Shown here in pieces: positions 56,983-64,000 of a stretch of DNA of 64,000 nt. This DNA comes from Eledone cirrhosa (Eukaryota): NCBI GenBank assembly GCA_964016885.1, contig OZ024763.1, positions 17,856,001 to 17,920,000 of the forward strand, in the 5' to 3' direction. The notes beneath the pieces were generated by a model that ran no database searches, was not told where the DNA came from, and saw only the letters and a program-made list of their open reading frames with translations. Within the stretch, counting starts at the first letter, position 1. Each line of letters opens with the position of its first letter. A program made the position numbers and the translations under genes.

Positions 56983-58603
56983 TTGTGTGAGATATGGGCA
57001 GTGTTGCATGGGTGTGAGATATGGGCAGTGTTGGATGGGTGTGAGATATGGGCAGTGTTGCATGGGTGTGAGATATGGGCAGTGTTGGATGGGTGTGAGA
57101 TATGGGCAGTGTTGGATGGGTGTGAGATATGGGCAGTGTTGGATGGGTGTGAGATATGGGCAGTGTTGGATGGGTGTGAGATATGGGCAGTGTTGGATGG
57201 GTGTGAGATATGGGCAGTGTTGGATGGGTGTGAGATATAGGCAGTGTTGCATGGGTGTGAGATATGGGCAGTGTTGCATGGGTGTGAGATATGGGCAGTG
57301 TTGGATGGGTGTGAGATATAGGCAGTGTTGCATGGGTGTGAGATATGGGCAGTGTTGCATGGGTGTGAGATATGGGCAGTGTTGCATGGGTGTGAGATAT
57401 GGGCAGTGTTGCATGGGTGTGAGATATGGGCAGTGTTGCATGGGTGTGAGATATGTGCAGTGTGGGATGGGTGTGAGATATGGGCAGTGTGGGCTGGGTG
57501 TGAGATATGGGCAGTGTGGGCTGGGTGTGAGATATGGGCAGTGTTGGATGGGTGTGAGATATAGGCAGTGTTGGATGGGTGTGAGATATGGGCAGTTAAT
57601 GCAGAGGATATGCAAAGACTGGAGAGAAATGAAGCAAGCATGCTTTGATGGATGTGTAATGTTGCATGGGTGTGAGATATGGCAGTGAATGCAAAGACTG
57701 GAGAGAAATGAAGCAAGCATGCTTTGATGGATGTGTAATGTTGCATGGGTGTGAGATATGGCAGTGAATGCAAAGACTGGAGAGAAATGAAGCAAGCATG
57801 CTTTGATGGATGTGTAATGTTGCATGGGTGTGAGATATGGCAGTGAATGCAAAGACTGGAGAGAAATGAAGCAAGCATGCTTTGATGGATGTGTAATGTT
57901 GCATGGGTGTGAGATATGGCAGTGAATGCAAAGACTGGAGAGAAATGAAGCAAGCATGCTTTGATGGATGTGTAATGTTGCATTCTAGGAAAACATGGGC
58001 AGTGAATGCAAAGGATATTTGAAAGCTGGAGAGAAATAAAGCAAGCATGCTTGGGTGGATGTGTAATATTAATATGTATGAAAGTCAAAGCATAGATGAG
58101 CTGAGAGAGAAACTGAGTATAAGAGGAATCGGGTGTTGCGTGAAGGAGAGAAGACTGCACTGGTATAGACATGTGTTGTGTAAGGATGATGATTGTTATG
58201 TGAAGAAGGACTAAGCAATCCCAGTGGAAGGGAACTAGAGTAGAGGGAGGCCAAGGAAGAGCTGGGAATAGGTTTTGAGAGCTGATCTCATATCACTGAA
58301 GCAGCTCACTGCTAGGTTGACAAAGGACCATTGTGTTTGGAGAGATGCCGTGCTGGTATGGACATGTGATATGTATGGATGATGATCATTGAATGAAGAG
58401 GGACCAAGCAATTCCATTAGATGGGGGCTAGAGTAGAGAGAGGTAAAGGAAGACCTGGGCAGAGGTTGTGTGAGCTGATCTTATATCACTGAAGCTCACA
58501 GTTGAGATGATGAAGGACTGTGATGAGTGCGGGGAGGCTGTGTTAGATAATAATCTCTACAACCCATGCAAACGTGGAAAAATGGACATAAAATGATGAT
58601 GAT
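56983..58603 (+). mobile_element. Degenerate RTE 3' fragment with internal 27-bp and 79-bp tandem amplifications
   Basis: AVLHGCEIW repeats, LERNEASML.WMCN, ERRLHWY; RTE-type 3' end AACCCATGC...(GAT)n. Confidence 0.85.
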
Positions 58604-58611
58604 ATATACAA

Positions 58612-58645
<34 letters not shown>

Positions 58646-58728
58646 ATACATATGTATATATATATATATATATATGTACTCATGTATATCTATATGTGTA
58701 TGTATATATATTTATATGTATATATGTA

Positions 58729-58766
<38 letters not shown>

Positions 58767-58896
58767 GGTTTGTTGGTTCACCACTGGATAGAACTGGTCA
58801 TTCCGTATGGTCAATCTTGATGTAATATTATGGAGAGTACTCAACGTAATGCAGCTCACCCGTCTTCGTTTGTGTAGTTGGTGGTGCGGGTGTGAG

Positions 58897-58948
<52 letters not shown>

Positions 58949-58988
58949 TACAAATATTAATAAAATAGATGTTCTTTTGATCAATTAA

Positions 58989-59041
58989 ATTTTATTATAC
59001 ATATTTCGGATGTACAACAGTACGTCCTCATCAGACAAAAT
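58989..59041 (-). ncRNA. Type I hammerhead
   Basis: attttgt CTGATGA ggacgtac tgtt gtacatcc GAAA tatgta TA ataaaat. Confidence 0.75.
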
Positions 59042-59109
59042 ATAATGATACATGACATACCCTGAGATGTTAAATGGTTAAGATTTAATATATATATATA
59101 TAAATACAC

Positions 59110-59159
<50 letters not shown>

Positions 59160-59242
59160 GTGTGTATATATATATACACACACATCTGTACATACATATA
59201 TATACTTATGTATATGTGTATACATATATATATGTATGTATA

Positions 59243-59420
59243 AGGTGGCAAATTGGCAGAGTCGTTAAGACGTCAGATAGAATGCCTTATGGTGTTCGCC
59301 CACCTCATTGCACGCTCGGAGTTCAAATCCCGCTGTGTTCAACTTTGCCTTTCATCCTTTCGAGGTCGATAAAAAAAGTACCAGTCCTGTACTGGGGTCG
59401 ATTCTTCCTCTATAGAAAAA
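59243..59420 (+). mobile_element. Diverged SINE family B
   Basis: GAGTTCAAATCCCG...CTTTGCCTTTCATCCTTTCGAGGTCGATAAA. Confidence 0.7.
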
Positions 59421-60409
59421 AAAATTGGCTGTGTTCAGACTTGGAGAGGGTTGGGCTCTGCCAGGTTTAAAAGTGCCCTAGACACACCGTTTGACGGGGC
59501 CGCTACGACGCCCCAAAGAGTTGTGGGATCTTTATCCTTTATATATGTATATATCTATAATATGTGTGTGTGTGTATGAGAGCTCTCCAGTGGGTCTGTG
59601 TTTATCTTTTCTCTTTTCATTCAACGTAGTATATTCGTTTATGTCCTGCATAAACAAAAATCCCACAAAAGTCTTGTCTCACCTGAACATAAAACTGATG
59701 GTGATGACGACAATGATGATGACAACGATGATGATGACAATGACAGTGATGATTCTATTGGCTTCTCCTCCAAACACCACAAAGTCTCGTATTCTCAGAG
59801 ATGTATAAATTATTTGACACAATTCTAACTCGGAACTTTTGTTCCTATAAATGCTCTGTACCATCAACCACGTCTTTTGAGTGTATGTCTACAATATTTG
59901 TATCTTTACTATGTTTTAGGTGTTTTGATCTCTAACACATTCCTGAAGGTGTACACAGCATCAGATGAGATTCCAACTAGGATCATTTATCCCTAATTTA
60001 CAGACTATCAACTTCATCTTTTGGGTGAATACTTAAAATTTTTATATCCACACCATGTCACAATTGTTTTTAATCTCCAATTGTCATCAGGGGTTTTAGT
60101 CCTGGATGTGTACATAGCGCCTGATGGGATTCCAACTAGAATCCTTTATTTTTTTTTTTTTTATGCCATTAACCTTTTCCTTACCATATTTCTAATAAAA
60201 GACTCTGCTAATGTATTTCAATTAATTATGAATCTAATCAAAATTTTCAAGAGATTTAATTAAATAACTAACTTTCTCATTATTAAGTTGATGCTTGGAG
60301 CATAACTTAACAAAGGTTCTTGCATAAAATTTACGATGGAAGGTTTTTAAGTAAATATAAACACCTTAAAATAAAGAGTTTTGTATCATAGTGCCAGTGT
60401 TTGGAATAT

Positions 60410-61165
60410 AACTTAACATAGGACACCCAATCCCTCTGAGAGAGTTTAGTGCTAAGGGAAAGGGACGGCCGTATTGGGGTTGAGATTCTGCTTGGTAGGG
60501 CAAGATGTCTGTTACCAGCTAGTTCTCCACCTGTGTGTAGCTGATATTGAATGACACCCACCCCTCTAAGAGAGGTTAGCACCTGGGGGAGGAAGGATGG
60601 TCGTATCGGGGTTGGCATTAGGTGGGCAGGACGGGATGTCTGTTACCAGCTAGCTCTCGACCTGTGTCTAATTGATATTCAGTGACACCCACTCCCTTGG
60701 AGGGAGGTTAGCACCTGGGGGCAGGAAGAAGGGCCATTTTGGGATTGACATTCTGTTTGGTGGGTCATGATATTCGTTTCTAGCGAGCTCTCCACCTGTG
60801 TGTAGCTGATTCAGGGACACCCACTTGCTTCGAGAGAGTTTAGCACCTGGGGTGAGGAAGGAGGGCCCTATTGAGGTTTACATTCAGTTGGTAGGCAGGA
60901 CAACTTGTCTGTTGCCAGCTAGCTCCCTACATGTGTGTAGCTGATACAAGGGCACCCACTCCCTTCGAGAGAGTTTAGCACCTGGCAAGGAGGGCTGTAT
61001 TGGAGTTGACATTCTTTTTGGCAGGTCATGATGTCTGTTGCAAGCTAGCTCCCTACAAGGGCACCCACTCCCTTCGAGAGAGTTTAGCATCTGGCAAGGA
61101 GGGCTGTATTGGAGTCGACATTCTTTTTGGCAGGTCATGATGTCTGTTGCAAGCTAGCTCTTCAC
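60410..61165. repeat. Diverged ~120-bp tandem repeat (~6 units)
   Basis: Recurring CACCCACTCCCTTCGAGAGAGTTTAGCACCTGG...GATGTCTGTT.C.AGCTAGCTC. Confidence 0.8.
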
Positions 61166-61341
61166 ATCTGGAACATGTTGAAATCTAAGTCTCACAGCTT
61201 TGCTGTGACAAGAGAAAGGGTGGTATGACATCAAGCAATGTTGGAGCAGTAGCTAAGAACCCTCAATTATGTCATGGGGCAGAAGACTTGGGTCTATTGA
61301 GGCCTTGGTTACCAACCTATGTGTGTGATTCTCTCAACTGC

Positions 61342-61580
61342 TTAACCCTTTACCATTCACATTACTCTACATATACTGTTGTATTTTCATGGTAAAGGCT
61401 TTATCCCACAAAATATCTCACATAATATCGAATCTAGGAGATTCTGATGTTATTTATTTTGAGAACAATACCTTAACATAAATATGAGTAGCAAGTTACA
61501 ACCGGTTTGAAGAGAAAGAGGTGATAGAATTGATTTAGCATTTAAACCGGATATGGCCGGTTTAAATGCTAAAGGGTTAA
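61342..61580. mobile_element. piggyBac-type MITE (TTAA TSD)
   Basis: TTAA-CCCTTTACCATT ... AATGCTAAAGGG-TTAA terminal inverted repeats. Confidence 0.7.
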
Positions 61581-61835
61581 TAGTTCTGAAGCCATTAGCA
61601 TATAAGCTGTTGCTCAACCAATTTTTTCAAGCCACTCAATATCCTTGTATCCCAGTTTGTTTGTTTTAATAGGTACACCATATCCCTGCATGTTGTAAGA
61701 GGCTAGTAAAAGGGTTTAACAAGTTAGCAAGTCAATGGAAGGGCAAAGACTTCCAGACACAAAACACTGCTTCAGAATGTTCAGTCCAACCCATGTTGGC
61801 CAGCATGGAGGAAAAATGCAGACATAAAAATTGAG

Positions 61836-62402
61836 ATGATGATGGCGATGCTTGTAATGGTGGTGATGGGTGTCGTGATCGTGATGGCTATGATATTAGT
61901 GATGGTGATGGCTGTGGTATTAGTGATGGTGATAGCTGTGGTATTGGTGATGGTGATGGCTGTTGTATTAGTGATGGTGATGATGATGGTTGTGGTATTA
62001 GTGATGGTGATGGCTGTGGTATTGGTGATGGTGATAGCTGTGGTATTGGTGATGGTGATGGCTGTGGTATTAGTGATGGTGATGGTGATGGTTGTGGTAT
62101 TAGTGATGGTGATGGCTGTGGTATTAGTGATGGTGATGGTGATAGCTGTGGTATTGGTGATGGTGATGGCTGTGGTATTAGTGATGGTGATGGTGATGGT
62201 TGTGGTATTAGTGATGGTGATGGGTGTTGTGGTCGTGATGGCTATGATGATGGTGATGGCTATGGTATTAGTGATGGTGATGGCTATGGTATTAGTGATG
62301 GTGATGGCTGTGGTATTGGTGATGGTTGTGGTATTAGTGATGGTGATGGTGATGGCTGTGGTATTAGTGATGGTGATGGTAGTGATGGTGATGGTGATGG
62401 TG
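61836..62402. repeat. (GATGGT)/(GTGGTATTAGTGATG) simple repeat
   Basis: Direct inspection. Confidence 0.9.
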
Positions 62403-62516
62403 AGACAACTGCGGTGATGACAGTTCTCCTGTCTGTATTGAATGAAGTACGAAAGGAAAAGAAGCGTTTCATATCTAAAGATAAAGGTTGATAGTTCTCA
62501 CCAAATAAAAAATATA

Positions 62517-62571
<55 letters not shown>

Positions 62572-62666
62572 CACATATATATATTATATATATATATGTA
62601 TATATACACATATATATATATATACACATATATATATTATATATATATATATATGTATATATACAC

Positions 62667-62708
<42 letters not shown>

Positions 62709-62713
62709 ACACA

Positions 62714-62760
<47 letters not shown>

Positions 62761-62799
62761 CTATATATATATATATATATACTTGTGTGTATATATATG

Positions 62800-62870
<71 letters not shown>

Positions 62871-63036
62871 CATGTGTGTATATATATAGACATATTTATT
62901 TATATATATGTGTGTTTATGTATATATACATGTGTGTGTGTGTATATATACATATATATATGTATATATATATATACATATATATACATATATATGTATA
63001 TGTATATATATATATACGTATATATACATATATATA

Positions 63037-63077
<41 letters not shown>

Positions 63078-63590
63078 GTGTATATATATATATATACTTA
63101 AATATATATATAGTTATAGTAATAATAATAAAAAAAAATTATAATTTTTATTAACAAAGAAGTTGAGGTTAAAAAGAAAAGAAAGAGAAAAGACAGGAAA
63201 AAAATGAAAGAAGTCGCGATATAAATGAAGAAGAAAAAAACTATACTGAGGACATTTCAAACAATTTTCTTCAAGAAAAGAAAAATGAACGAGGTGTGGG
63301 GGGGGGTTAGTAATGACGGTGGTGATGGGGATTTTTCGTGATGGTGATGATGATGGTGGTGATGATGATGATTTTCATGGTGAAGATGGTGGCTGCAGGG
63401 ATGTGGGGTGGGGGGAAATGGTGGAGAATTTCTTTTAATCTACAAGAGAGATAAAAAAAAAAATGTTATATTCTCGTTCTTATTGTTATTATTTTTATTA
63501 TTTTTTTTATACTAATTTTTTTATTTTTATTTTTTTTTTTTATACTAATTTTTTTATTATTGGTTGTAATAATGTTATTATTACTAATAA

Positions 63591-63775
63591 TTGTTTCTAC
63601 TTTAGGCACAAGGCCAGCAATTACCCAGTGCATTACTGGTACTTTATTTTATCGACCCCGTAAGGATGAAAGGCAAAGTCAACCTCGGCGGGATTTGAAC
63701 TCAGATCGTAAAGGGACGTAACTATGCTGGAAAGCATGGCGTCCAACCCTCTACCAATACTGCCAATCCACCACC
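63591..63775 (-). mobile_element. SINE family B with target site duplication
   Basis: Direct repeat TATTATTACTAATAA on both sides. Confidence 0.8.
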
Positions 63776-63796
63776 TATTATTACTAATAATAAATT

Positions 63797-64000
63797 GGCG
63801 GTGGATTGGCAGTATCGGTAGAGGGTCGGACGCCATGCTTTGCAGCATAGAGTTACGGCCCTTGCCATTCTGAGTTCAAATGCCGCCGAGGTTTACTTTG
63901 CCGTTCATCTTTACGGGGGCCGATAAAATATAGTACCAGTCATGCACTGGGGTCGATTTAATCGACTTTCCCCTCCCCCCAAAATTGCTGGCCTTGTGCC
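63797..64000 (+). mobile_element. SINE family B (runs off window)
   Basis: Same consensus, head-to-head with previous copy. Confidence 0.8.

Noticed and set aside
59635-59685. Possible minus-strand terminal exon (G)ETRLLWDFCLCRT*
   Set aside because: Plausible acceptor, but too short and no partner exon identified
61836-62417. Hydrophobic 193-aa ORF
   Set aside because: Simple-repeat translation

Overview
AT-rich, microsatellite-saturated eukaryotic DNA. The SINE/LINE repertoire and (TA)n load look like an octopod cephalopod (inference). Almost all ORFs in the supplied track are translation artefacts of simple repeats. Real content: (1) the last two coding exons of a probable FoxJ2/3-type forkhead gene (+; 42503-42612, 46825-46935), so much of the window is probably intron or 3' flank; (2) one intact Penelope-like element (PLE; RT + C-terminal GIY-YIG, 772 aa, minus strand) and one 5'-truncated PLE with an inverted terminal repeat; (3) RTE-clade LINEs, including a twin-primed inverted copy and LINE segments amplified into minisatellites; (4) two tRNA-derived SINE families, satellites and a TTAA MITE. 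The most striking signal is about 20 short, mostly fold-back insertions in (TA)n tracts carrying type I hammerhead ribozyme folds from many different PLE families. One family has a fixed non-canonical core (CAGAAGA). Many share a second motif (nCTC...RTYGAGYRC hairpin) that also lies just upstream of the intact PLE start codon. All structures were read by eye; no folding or database search was run.
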